Below are positions 1 to 12,058 of a stretch of DNA of 64,000 nt, in pieces. Each line of letters opens with the position of its first letter. Position 1 is the first letter of the stretch. The position numbers and the translations under genes are program-made. Location of the stretch: contig NIVC01003490.1 of the NCBI GenBank assembly GCA_002269645.1, positions 1 through 64,000 of the forward strand, given 5' to 3'. The DNA is from Macrostomum lignano. Lineage: Eukaryota. The notes under the pieces are model-generated. The model saw only the letters and a program-made list of their open reading frames with translations. It searched no databases and had not been told where the DNA came from.

Positions 1-2115
1 CAGGCAACCCGCTGGCCCTGCGCCGGCCATCTGCGACAAGGCGAGAAGAAAACAGTGCGGTGAGCGACGGCTTCTGCTCTTGCATTCTTAATAGAGAAAC
101 GTACTACTATGAGTACTGTATTCTACAAGCTATCTTTGGTATTCAATGCTAATTGAACAATCCCCAATCTATGATGCAGGCAAGCCGTGCCCCAACGCCA
201 AATGCGATGGCACCCTGGTCCTGCAGGCCTGCCGGGGCCACTCCGGCTACCGGTCACGCATTTCTGGCGCACCTGAACGGCTGCGTCTATTTTCAAGCCA
301 AGGGGGCGCACGACCACCCGGGCCGGATCTGAAGCCGTCCGAAGATTTCCAAAAACAATCGAAAGGCGACTAAAAGGCCGGCGGCCGCTGCTTTAGCGGT
401 GAGTTCTTGAGTTATTTTTTTAAACCCCCCTCTACTCATGTATGCCCGCCACTTCATCCGCTCCTTCACCGCCCCTTCATCCGCCCTTCATACGCATTTC
501 ATCCACCTCTTCATCCGCCCTTTCATCTACCCACTATCTGCCCCTTCATCCGCCCCTTCATCCGCCCCTTCATCCGCCCCTTCACCCGCCCTTTCATCCA
601 CCTCATCACCCGCCCTTTCATCCACCTCATCATCTGTCCCTTCATCCGCCCTTCATACGCATTTCATCCACCTCTTCATCCGCCCTTTCATCTATCCACT
701 ATCTGCCCCTTCATCCGCCCCTTCATTCGCCCCTTCATTCCGCCCCTTCACCCGCCCTTTCATCCACGTCATCATCCGCCCTTTCATCCACCTCATCATC
801 TGTCCCTTCATCCGCCCTTCATACGCATTTCATCCACCTCTTCATCCGCCCTTTCATCTACCCACTATCTGCCCCTTCATCCGCCCCTTCATTCGCCCTT
901 CATCCGCCCCTTCACCCGCCCTTTCATCCACGTCATCATCCGCCCTTTCATCCACCTCATCATCTGTCCCCTTCATCCGCCCTTTCATCCGCCTCATCAT
1001 ATGTCCCTTCATCCGCCTTTTCATTCTGTCCCTTCATCCGCCCTTTCATCCACCTCATCATCCGCCCTTCATCCGCCCTTTCATCCACCTCATCATCCGC
1101 CCTTCATCCGCCCTTTCATCCGCCCCCATCATCGCCCCTTCTCCCGCCCCTTCATCCGCGTATACTTAACGCAAAACAACCCGCCTATAAAATTGTCACT
1201 CCCTCCAATCCAAATATTCCAGCGCCGGCCAGCAGCGACGGTCCTTGACTGCACCGACCAGGTCGACGGTCCGCTGCCTCCGGCCAAGGCGCTCCGCCTG
1301 CAGGCATTCGTGGGGCCCAACTCGGACATGATGCCGCCCCCCTGCTGCTCGCCCTTCTCCTGCGCCTACCAGCCGCCGCACTCAGCCGTCGCCGCTGCCG
1401 CTGCCGCGGCCGCCTACAATCAGCAGCAGGAGCAGCAGACTCAGCACCAGCTGCATCATCAGCAGTGCCAGCTGCCCCAGCATCCGAATTTTTACAGCCC
1501 CGAATCGGCGCCTCATCGCGTACCTGCCCAATACTACAGCGACCTGCAGCAGCAGTCGGCGGCGGCGGCCTACCAACACCAGCATCATCAGCATCATCAC
1601 CAGCAGCTGCATCATCCTGCAGCCGCTCACCACGCCGCCTACCAGCCTCTTCAGACAGTCCGCCGGCCACCCCGCCGCCAGCCGTCCACGGCGGTTTCTC
1701 CCGGCACGCCTCGGACGCCATCAAGAGCAGCCCGGACTCGCCGCTGTGCAGCCCCGCTGGCATGCCGTTCGAGTCTGCAGCTCAGCAGGAGTCGTTCTTC
1801 CCGTTCTGGAGCCCGACGCATCAGATGTTCAGCCAGCAGCAGCAGCCGCACCAGCAGCTCCACCACCAGAGCCAGCATCAGCTACATCATCATCATCAGC
1901 AGCAGCAGCAGTACCAGCATCACTATGAGCAGCAGCAGCAGCAGTGCTCTCAGTCACCCTCTATGACAGCAGCGGCAGCGGCAGCGGCAGCGGCGGCCTG
2001 GGCGAACAGTTGCCAGCCAGTTGCCAGCCAGTATTTCCAGCAGCAGCTGCATGACTACGGCAATCCGGCCACCTACCCGCCGCAGGCGCCGCCAGCAGTT
2101 CTTGGCCAGTCTTGA
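1..2115 (+). CDS. gcm: GCM (glial cells missing) transcription factor, paralog A; 5'-truncated by the window; multiple 1-bp deletions (assembly error or young pseudogene)
   Basis: Exons <1-59 (GT at 60), 180-398 (AG 178-179, GT 399) and 1223-2115 (AG 1221-1222, stop TGA). After restoring single bases the sequence reads [19 protein letters not shown]|[48 protein letters not shown], the GCM DNA-binding domain. The last exon is Q/H/P/A-rich. Exon lengths fit phase only if 5 bases (exon 180-398) and 1 base (last exon) are added. Confidence 0.85.
440..1158. repeat. 12-bp-based tandem array (CTTCATCCGCCC) in GCM-A intron
   Basis: Visible periodicity with a ~165-bp higher-order block; source of ORFs 407/438/442. 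Confidence 0.9.
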
Positions 2116-2804
2116 ACAAAATTGATTGATTTTGTTAATATCTCGAAGATCCAACATGGGATCAAGCAAAATCGGCTGTGATTCTTATTATTTCTATTGT
2201 ACAGTTTTAATGCGATCTGCTTTGGCTAAAACTTCGAGTGTAAATACTATGTTGCGTGATGCGCAGTTTACATAATATCGCATTACATTTTATTTGCTGT
2301 ACATAAAATTGAGAACTGTCTCTATCGCGCCGCTAACTATAACAGCTATATTATACTTTAAATGCAACGCTCTGCTCTGTGTCTCAATTCTAATAACTTC
2401 TAATCATCTGCAACAATCTGTCAATCAATCTTTAACTCAAACCAATCAGAATATTCTTGCACTCGTCAACTATCTTGTAAATAATTGTTTATCTTTTTCA
2501 ACTTATTGGCAAGCTGTAGTGCATGTCTCGCAATGCCGTCATTTTGCTTTCATTAGCTGCCGCCCTCTTAACTATACATGTAGTTACTAATTCCTTCGTA
2601 ATTATTATACAAAAGTACATTAGCTATTTTTAAGAGTTCGATATTTTCTTTTCGAAGCGAGCCGCATGCGATGTGCAAATTAAAAAAACGAAGTGTTTTA
2701 ATTGGTTTTGTCTTTTTAATGACGTCATTTGGTCAATGGAAAAGCTTTCGGATTGATAAAATATGATAAGGTATTAGAGTGAATGAGAGATAGTGTTATG
2801 ATAT

Positions 2805-3035
2805 TGAGTGACATTTGAGATCTGGGAGTGACATTGAAAATCGGAGAGTGACATTTGAGATCTGGGAGTGACATTTGAGATCTGGGAGTGACATTTGAGA
2901 TCTGGGAGTGACATTTGAGATCTGGGAGTGAAATTGGAAATCGGGGAGTGACATAGGAGATCCTGGAGTGACATTGGAAATCGGAGAGTGATATTTGAGA
3001 GCTGAGAGTGACATTTAAAAGCCGGGAGTGACAAG
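2805..3035. repeat. 20-bp tandem array (GAGATCTGGGAGTGACATTT)
   Basis: About 11 copies. Confidence 0.9.
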
Positions 3036-3861
3036 ATTTGTGAAACTTAGTGAAACTTAGTGAAACTGCTCATTATCGTTCATTTATGCTAGCCCTGAGT
3101 TGCATATTAATTCTATAAATATGCTACACTCGTACACTGATGTCTATCAAGATTAAAACTGCAAGATCATGTATTTATTATTAATGATGATCATATTATA
3201 TATAAAATGCCCATATTTACATTTACTGAAGGTCAGTTGCGTTGTGTCCACTATAGTTATAACTCTCACGCACTGTCATCTATGAACAAGATCGATTCTA
3301 TATAATAATAACATGTCAGACGTTCATAAGGCAGATATCAATAGTAATTAAATACTTATATCACCTGCATTCGAACTAGCACTGGAGGTTGCGTCATCCC
3401 AGCGCATCCGAGGCCGCGGCTTTGGGGCAATAACTTGTAGGGGGTTGTTGCATCACTGTGAGCATATAGAAGCATACTTTTATGAGCAGAATTTAGAAAT
3501 ATCGACTGAGGCCATAGACTATGAAAGAGAAAAGGTCTAAGAACAATTTCTAGAGTCACCACTCCCACAACTGCAGGCTGCAAGCAATTAGTCATGTTAT
3601 TATTCAGACAGACATGTTGCAAACTTATTTCTGCCATATTTCAGAAACTCATAAATATCGAAGACTTGTATTGTGGCAAATGACTCTTCTTTCCTTTTTG
3701 ACAAGCGAAGAACAACAAACAGCATTTTTCTATAGTTAGTTTACAAGGAAAATATTTTCTTTAGAGAAACCATGCTTATGAAATGAATGTCGTCAACATA
3801 GACCCTATTCATTCATTTGTGTTGTCTTCCGTGTTGTAGGTTACCGAAACATGTTTCAAGT

Positions 3862-4222
3862 TGGGGATTTCAAAATGGGATTTTAGAATCGGATTTCGAG
3901 TTGGAGATGTCAGAATGGGATTTCAGAATGGGATTTCAGAATGGGATTTCAGAATGGGATTTCAGAATGGGATTTCAGTATGGGATTTCAGAATGGGATT
4001 TCAGAATCGGATTTCAGAATGGGATTTCAGTATGGGATTTCAGAATAGGATTTCAAAATGGGATTTCAGAATGGGATTTCAAAATGGGATTTCAGAATGG
4101 GATTTAAGTATGGGATTTCAAAATGGGATTTCAGAATGTGATTTAAGTATAGGATTTCAGAATGGGATTTCAGAGTGGGATTTCAGAATGGGATTTCAGT
4201 ATGGGATTTCAAAATGGGATTA
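3862..4222. repeat. 13-bp tandem array (ATGGGATTTCAGA)
   Basis: About 27 copies. Confidence 0.9.
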
Positions 4223-4994
4223 TGAGTTAGGGATTCCAGTTGAAGTAGACCCTACAAAGACGGCAAGACCCAGCATAGAATATTCATCAGTATTCGAATG
4301 TTAAGCGACAATTCTGATAAATAATTAGCATTTTTTCGAAACAGAACCACACTATGCAGACAGAGACAAAGAGAGGGACAAAGGACCTGAATAAAGAACA
4401 GGTCACCTGCAGAAATATTTGCTATAGCCTATACAGCCCAGCTATCCGTGTTTCGAGAAGGCAGACTTTAATAAGCATCTCTACAATGGGGATGAAACTT
4501 CATCTAAAAGCATTATACAGCCCGTTCCCGCATCCACCAGCATGCTGGTGCTCAGGGTTTGGGGTGAGTCCGCAGACAGCCCGCAGGACTTCACCGAATC
4601 TGCCCACCCCCCCCCGTTTCCTGACCCAGACTCCAACATCCCATTCTCTCATTCTCATTTGTAAGCAGGTCTACCGAAAAAACTGCTAAGATCTTCTTTT
4701 CTCTACAGAAGGGGGGGGGGCTCAGATCTAGATATCTGGAGAAAGGAACCCCCACTCCTACACTACCGAGTGCATGTGACGTACATGCGCAGATATTGTA
4801 GCGGGTAGAAATTTGGTTGCGTTCAAAAATTGTTTGAAATGTAAAATTATAGTATAATTATTTTGTCGGCCAAGTTTACCTAGTGCTCTCTGTTAAAGAT
4901 TAACGTCTTTAAAAGCAGGTTTATCAACGATATTGCACCACAGACAGGTTTGCCTAAGCTGTACTTTGAGAGTGCGGGACGGGGGTGCGGGGGC

Positions 4995-5209
4995 GGGGGG
5001 TTTCACAAACTCGAAATTTCACAAGATCGAAATTTCACAAGGTCGAAATTTCACAACATTGAAAACTTTAGCAAGGGACTTCATAAGGTCGAAACTTCAC
5101 AACGTAGAAAACGTAGAACCTTGTGAAATTTCGACCTTGTGAAGTTTCGACCCTGTGAAATAATTTACTTTTCGACGTTGTGAAATTTCGACCTTGTGAA
5201 AGCACCCCC
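4995..5209. mobile_element. Foldback/MITE-like palindromic element
   Basis: About 5 forward GGTCGAAATTTCACAA-type units then about 5 inverted TTGTGAAATTTCGACC units; ends GGGGGGTTTCACAA and TTGTGAAAGCACCCCC. Confidence 0.5.
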
Positions 5210-5937
5210 AGGGGCGGAGCCGGGTCCCCAACCACTACCATAGACTATTTGTTGTTTTCTAAGAGTGTCTAAATAAAGTACAGTATTTATTTTTATGGCA
5301 GTCAATCGGGTCTTTGGCCATAGGCAGTTCAATTCAGATTCAATCCATGGTTTAATTTTGCATAATCTGCTTCTAGCTCGTAGTTCATCTAATTCACACA
5401 AGACCAAAATGATAAAAACTTTTTTTTTGATTGAGAAATCGCCTCCGTAAGTCCTGTGGGCGCCCTCATATTTTCTGCAGATGAAGGCTTCAAAATCCTG
5501 TTTTGCAACCGCAGTCACTCCTATGCACCCCAATATCGGTTTGGGGCTTAGAGAACGGGACCGTGGCTTGGAGAATGACAAAGGAAAAATATATTCTTCA
5601 TGCGGGACTAGAGAAAAAACCGAAAGAAACTCTAATTTTGCTTGGAATCTGTTTAGAATCTGAAAAATTCTTATCCAAAACTTCAGCTTCTTCGAGGCCA
5701 GGATGAGGGAGGGAGAGAGCCAGAGAGGAGACTCAAAAGCTTGTTGCTAGGAGCCCTTGGCGCGCTTCCTTAAATTATCCCGCATATAAAGACACGAGTG
5801 TTGCTGTGAATCTTAAGAAATCTGTCTGTCTTTTAGCCGCAACAAAGGCAGGAGTGGGCAGCAGTGAATGTCCAGGCCAACCTTCTGTGGCGATCTTTAG
5901 GTAAAGAATTTAGAATTTGCTAAAACTGGACTAAGAG

Positions 5938-7042
5938 GGTGCCATGTACAATAGAGTGAGTGCCATGTAGAATGAGTGCCATGTAGAATGAGTGCCATGT
6001 AGAATGAGTGCCATGTAGAATGAGTGCCATGTAGAATGAGTGCCATGTAGAATGAGTGCCATGTAGAATGAGTGCCATGTAGAATGAGTGCCATGTAGAA
6101 TGAGTGCCATGTAGAATGAGTGCCATGTAGAATGAGTGCCATGTAGAATGAGTGCCATGTAGAATGAGTTTCATGTAGAATGAGTGCCATGAGTTCCATA
6201 TAGAATGAATGCCATGTAGAATGAGTGCCATGTAGAACGAGTGCCATGTAGAATGAGCGCCATGTAGAATGAGTGCCATGTAGAATGAGTGCCATGTAGA
6301 ATGAGTGCCATGTAGAATGAGTGCCATGTAGAATGAGTGCCATGTAGAATGAGTGCCATGTAGAATGAGTGCCATGTAGAATGAGTGCCATGTAGAATGA
6401 GTTTCATGTAGAATGAGTGCCATGAGTTCCATATAGAATGAATGCCATGTAGAATGAGTGCCATGTAGAACGAGTGCCATGTAGAATGAGCGCCATGTAG
6501 AATGAGTGCCATGTAGAATGAGTGCCATGTAGAATGAGTGCCATGTAGAATGAGTGCCATGTAGAATGAGCGCCATGTAGAATGAGTGCCATGTAGAATG
6601 AGTGCCATGTAGAATGAGTTTCATGTAGAATGAGTGCCATGAGTTCCATATAGAATGAATGCCATGTAGAATGAGTGCCATGTAGAACGAGTGCCATGTA
6701 GAATGAGCGCCATGTAGAATGAATGCCATGTAGAATGAGTGCCATGTAGAATGAGTGCCATGTAGAATGAGCGCCATGTAGAATGAGCGCCATGTAGAAT
6801 GAATGCCATGTAGAATGAGTGCCATGTAGAATGAGCGCCATGTAGAATGAGCGCCATGTAGAATGAGTGCCATGTAGAATGAGTGCCATGTAGAATGAGC
6901 GCCATGTAGAATGAGCGCCATGTAGAATGAGTGCCATGTAGAATGAGTGCCATGTAGAATGAGCGCCATGTAGAATGAGTGCCATGTAGAATGAGTGCCA
7001 TGTAGAATGAGCGCCATGTAGAATGAGTGCCATGTGGAATGA
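5938..7042. repeat. 16-bp tandem array (TGCCATGTAGAATGAG)
   Basis: About 68 copies; a variant block recurs at about 6170, 6400 and 6620. Confidence 0.95.
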
Positions 7043-7900
7043 GCGCTGCTTAAAATGGAACAGGGCATGGATAATAAAACTGGAATTAATGTCCTTTTTA
7101 GCTGTCCAAGTCCCAAAGGAATGAACACTAATCCTATTTTAATCACATGTTCCTCTGTTTCTGCAGTTCAGCAAAATCAACAACTGCAGGGTGAATGAGC
7201 TATAGCGTTTGATTTATTTCATCTTTTGCAGCAGAATGACAACAATGAAGACAATAAATTTGCTCGAGATCGCTAAAAAGTGATAATTCAACACGGGGGT
7301 TGGATGGGGGTTGGCGGCAAAAGCAGACTTGCGGGCAGCTTGTTGCAGTAAGGCTGAAAACAGATGGATTATCATCGGGAACAGAATCCTCAAGCCCTCA
7401 TTTATCCCGCACGATTCTGCCGGCACAATGATTCCATTGTTTTCATTTCGACCATATATAAATTGAAAGATGAAGTAAGAGGAGCCTCCAAGCCTTCGTG
7501 AGCAGTAAAACCCACTACCCATATTCAGAGGAATCCCTTGCAGATCACAACTGTTTGACTGTTGATCCTCAGTGGATTTCAGAACTCCCCACCTCTCTTT
7601 CGCTTCACCGACCGAAATTTTTTCTTCTCTCTCTCTCTCCAGCCTTGCCCCTCTGTATTGCAGTCTACGCACACACCGAAAATAATTTTATAAACTGTTG
7701 TTTAGTTGATGTTGCATTGTCACATTGTCTGTTCTGCCACATTCATTTAGTCGTGTCTTGGTTGTTTTCTTAAGTTCTAAGAAACAGCTATAGCTATTAA
7801 CTGGTCTGGGAGTGAATTCTTGCTGACAGCAACAAAAACAGCGTCAGAAGAAGTAGTTTGTAGTGTACAAAGACAATTTTACAGACTTCGGGGTGATCCC

Positions 7901-8378
7901 AACACTGCGCGCTTATAGCACTGGGCGCTTATATAGCACTGCGCGCTTATATAACACTGCGCGCCTATAACACTGCGCGCTCATATAACACTGCGCGCCT
8001 ATAACACTGCGCGCTTATATAACACTGCGCGCTTATATAGCACTGCGCGCTTATATAACACTGCGCGCTTATATAACACTGCGCGCCTATAACACTGCGC
8101 GCCTATAACACTGCGCGCTAATATAACACTGCGCGCTTATATAGCACTGCGCGCTTGTATAACTCTACGCGCCTATAACACTAGGCGCTTATAACACTGT
8201 GCGCTCATATAACACTGCGCGCTTATATAACACTGCGCGCTTATATAGCACTGCGCGCTAATATAACACTGCGCGCTTATATAACACTGCGCGCTTATAT
8301 AACACTGCGCGCTTATATAACACTGCGCGCTTATATAGCACTGCGCGCTTATATAACACTGCGCGCTTATATAACACT
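7901..8378. repeat. 18-20-bp tandem array (TATATAACACTGCGCGCT)
   Basis: About 24 copies. Confidence 0.9.
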
Positions 8379-9185
8379 AGGCTCTTCTGCTGCGTACCCT
8401 CTCCCATATGAGCAGGCACAACCGATGGATTGGGTCAGCGAACAAAAAATTTGCTGGAAGCCGCCGCTCTGATGGCAATCTGATGGGAATGTCAGACGGG
8501 AAGGCCGACGGTCCGCCACGCGACATATTCCGATATCCCATCGCATTGCGCAATGGCGAAGGCCAGAGTTCTGATTTCGAACTGGAGTGAATGCAGCCTG
8601 AGGCGCTGACTTCTCAGCTCAACTGTCTTTCTCTTGTTCTCAAAACACGAAACAATATTTCTATGTAGGAGAAAGCTGACCCCCCAGCAGTTGTCCCAAA
8701 TTTCTCCCAGCTCTGCAGGTGTCTCCTTTGCATGCGCGAGTCATCTGATTAACATGGCCGGACTTCCTGATTGATGAGGCGCACGAGTGAGGCTGGGTGG
8801 AGGATGGAGGCGGGGAATATCAAAGCATTTTCCAAAGTGGCCCATTGTAATTGCGCCACTGACGTCAGTTCGAACTCGAAGAACTCCCGAGCTTCTCAGC
8901 TTACATACACCTTACTGAATACTGTTGGATTCCATATTGTCTGACAAATTAACTACATCAATCGAACCCAACCAACGTGTATTGAGAAATTGTGCAACAA
9001 GAGAGAACTACTGCTCAATGTTGTGCAAGGCCATGGTTAGTTATCTACATGTCAGGCAGTCTGACAGCGGCGTCCAGACTCTGAGATTCTGATCTACTAG
9101 TAAAAGCAAGCATCTATTCTACGTAGAAATATGCTAGGAAGTTTGACGCTCCTTTCATTTTCATTTTATAGCTGGGCCAGCCGCC

Positions 9186-10103
9186 AGATACTATAAATAG
9201 GGCGCACTAGTAGCGACCCTAGTAGCGACCCCAGACACTATAAATAGGGCGCACTAGTAGCGACCCTAGACACTATAAATAGGGCGCACTAGTAGCGACC
9301 CTAGTAGCGACCCCAGACACTATAAATAGGGCGCACTAGTAGCGACCCTAGACACTATAAATAGGGCGCACTAGTTAGCGACCCCAGACACTATAAATAG
9401 GGCGCACTAGTTAGCGACCCTAGACACTATAAATAGGGCGCACTAGTAGCGACCCTAGTAGCGACCCCAGACACTATAAATAGGGCGCACTAGTAGCGAC
9501 CCTAGACACTATAAATAGGGCGCACTAGTTAGCGACCCTAGACACTATAAATAGGGCGCACTAGTTAGCGGTCCTAGACACTATAAAAAGGGCGCACTAG
9601 TAGCTGTCCTAGACACTATAAATAGGGCGCACTAGTAGCGACCCTAGACACTATAAATAGGGCGCACTAGTTAGCGACCCTAGACACTATAAATAGGGCG
9701 CACTGGTAGCGACCCCAGACACTATAAATAGGGCGCACTAGTTAGCGACCCTAGACACTATAAATAGGGCGCACTGGTAGCGACCCCAGATACTATAAAT
9801 AGGGCGCACTAGTAGCGGTCCTAGACACTATAAATAGGGCGCACTAGTAGCGACCCCAGACACTATAAATAGGGCGCACTAGTAGCGGTCCTAGACACTA
9901 CAAATAGAGCGCCCTAGTAGCGGTCCTAGACACTACAAATAGAGCGCACTAGTAGCGGTCCTAGACACTATAAATAGGGCGCACTAGTAGCGACCCCAGA
10001 CACTATAAATAGGGCGCGCTAGTAGCGTTCCTAGACACTAATTAGAGCGCACTAGTAGCGGTCCTATTCCTAGACACTACAAATAAAGCGCACTAGTAGC
10101 GGC
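9186..10103. repeat. 35-36-bp tandem array (CTAGACACTATAAATAGGGCGCACTAGTAGCGACC)
   Basis: About 25 copies. Confidence 0.9.
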
Positions 10104-10529
10104 GCCAGGTACACTCAGTGAATTCTGTCGCAAAAATAAATATGGTCATACAATCACCTTCTGATAACGCACACAATAGTCTTCATTAAAAGTCAGATCC
10201 CCGCTCCCCAGTCCAGTTTCTAGGGTGCGTAAACAAAGTACAAAAAGCATCTTCAAGAATGTCGGGCCAAAGTCGAAGTTGGAGACACGAATTGTTGCAG
10301 AGTTCGGGGCAAGGAATCCCATGATTTATGGCAGTGCCAATCCGAGTACAGGAAATCAGAGCAATTGCTTTCTGTCGGCTTCAATTTCGGCAGTATTTGG
10401 CAATTTTACTGCACCGAGGCGTGACTTTCTTGAATGCCTGCTCCCCAATTTGCTAGTGCGGGGATGCGTGTGCCTTGGCATTTTTAATATCCCATCTCTG
10501 ACTCCATCTCTGTGTCTCAGATTCTGAAA

Positions 10530-12058
10530 TTTCACATCTCTGACTCTCACATCTCTGACTCTCACATCTCTGAACTTTCACATCTCTGACTCTCTCACAT
10601 CTCTGACTCTCACATCTCTCACTCTCACATCTCTGACTCTCACATCTCTGACTCTAACATCTCTGACTCTAACATCTCTGACTCTCACATCTCTGACTCT
10701 CACATCTCTGACTCTCACATCTCTGACTCTCACATCTCTGACTCTCACATCTCTGACTCTCACATCTCTGACTCTCACATCTCTGACTCTCACATCTCTG
10801 ACTCTCACATCTCTGACTCTCACATCTCTCACTCTCACATCTCTGACTCTAACATCTCTGACTCTCACATCTCTCACTCTCACATCTCTCACTCTAACAT
10901 CTCTCACTCTCACATCTCTCACTCTCACATCTCTCACTCTCACATCTCTGACTCTCACATCTCTCACTCTAACATCTCTCACTCTCACATCTCTGACTCT
11001 CACATCTCTGACTCTCACATCTCTGACTCTCACATCTCTCACTCTAACATCTCTCACTCTCACATATCTGACTCTCACATCTCTGACTCTAACATCTCTG
11101 ACTCTAACATCTCTGACTCTCACATCTCTGACTCTAACATCTCTGACTCTCACATCTCTCACTCTCACATCTCTCACTCTAACATCTCTGACTCTCACAT
11201 CTCTCACTCTCACATCTCTGACTCTCTCACATCTCTCACTCTCACATCTCTCACTCTAACATCTCTCACTCTCACATCTCTGACTCTCACATCTCTCACT
11301 CTCACATCTCTGACTCTCACATCTCTGACTCTAACATCTCTGACTCTAACATCTCTGACTCTCACATCTCTGACTCTCACATCTCTGACTCTCACATCTC
11401 TGACTCTCACATCTCTGACTCTCACATCTCTGACTCTCACATCTCTGACTCTCACATCTTTGACTCTCACATCTCTGACTCTCACATCTCTGACTCTCAC
11501 ATCTCTCACTCTCACATCTCTGACTCTCACATCTCTGACTCTCACATCTCTGACTCTCACATCTCTCACTCTCACATCTCTGACTCTCACATCTCTGACT
11601 CTCACATCTCTCACTCTCACATCTCTGACTCGAACATCTCTGACTCTAACATCTCTGACTCTCACATCTCTCACTCTAACATCTCTCACTCTCACATCTC
11701 TGACTCTCACATCTCTCACTCTCACATATCTGACTCTCACATCTCTGACTCTCACATCTCTGACTCTCACATCTCTGACTCTCACATCTCTGACTCTCAC
11801 ATCTCTGACTCTCACATCTCTGACTCTCACATCTCTGACTCTCACATCTCTCACTCTCACATCTCTGACTCTCACATCTCCCACTCTCACATCTCTCACT
11901 CTCACATCTCTGACTCTAACATCTCTGACTCTCACATCTCTGACTCTCTCACATCTCTGAACTTCACATCTCTGACTCTCACATCTCTGACTCTCTCACA
12001 TCTCTGAACTTCACATCTCTGACTCTCTCACATCTCTGAACTTCACATCTCTGACTCT
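10530..12058. repeat. 15-bp tandem array (ACTCTCACATCTCTG)
   Basis: About 100 copies; source of the VRDVR and LTLTS pseudo-ORFs. Confidence 0.95.

Noticed and set aside
5897-7146. Long ORFs with HGTHSTWHSFYMALIL repeats
   Set aside because: Translation of a 16-bp satellite; all frames give the same rotating peptide.
10578-11960. VRDVR and LTLTS ORFs
   Set aside because: 15-bp array without stops in several frames; no unique flanking coding context.
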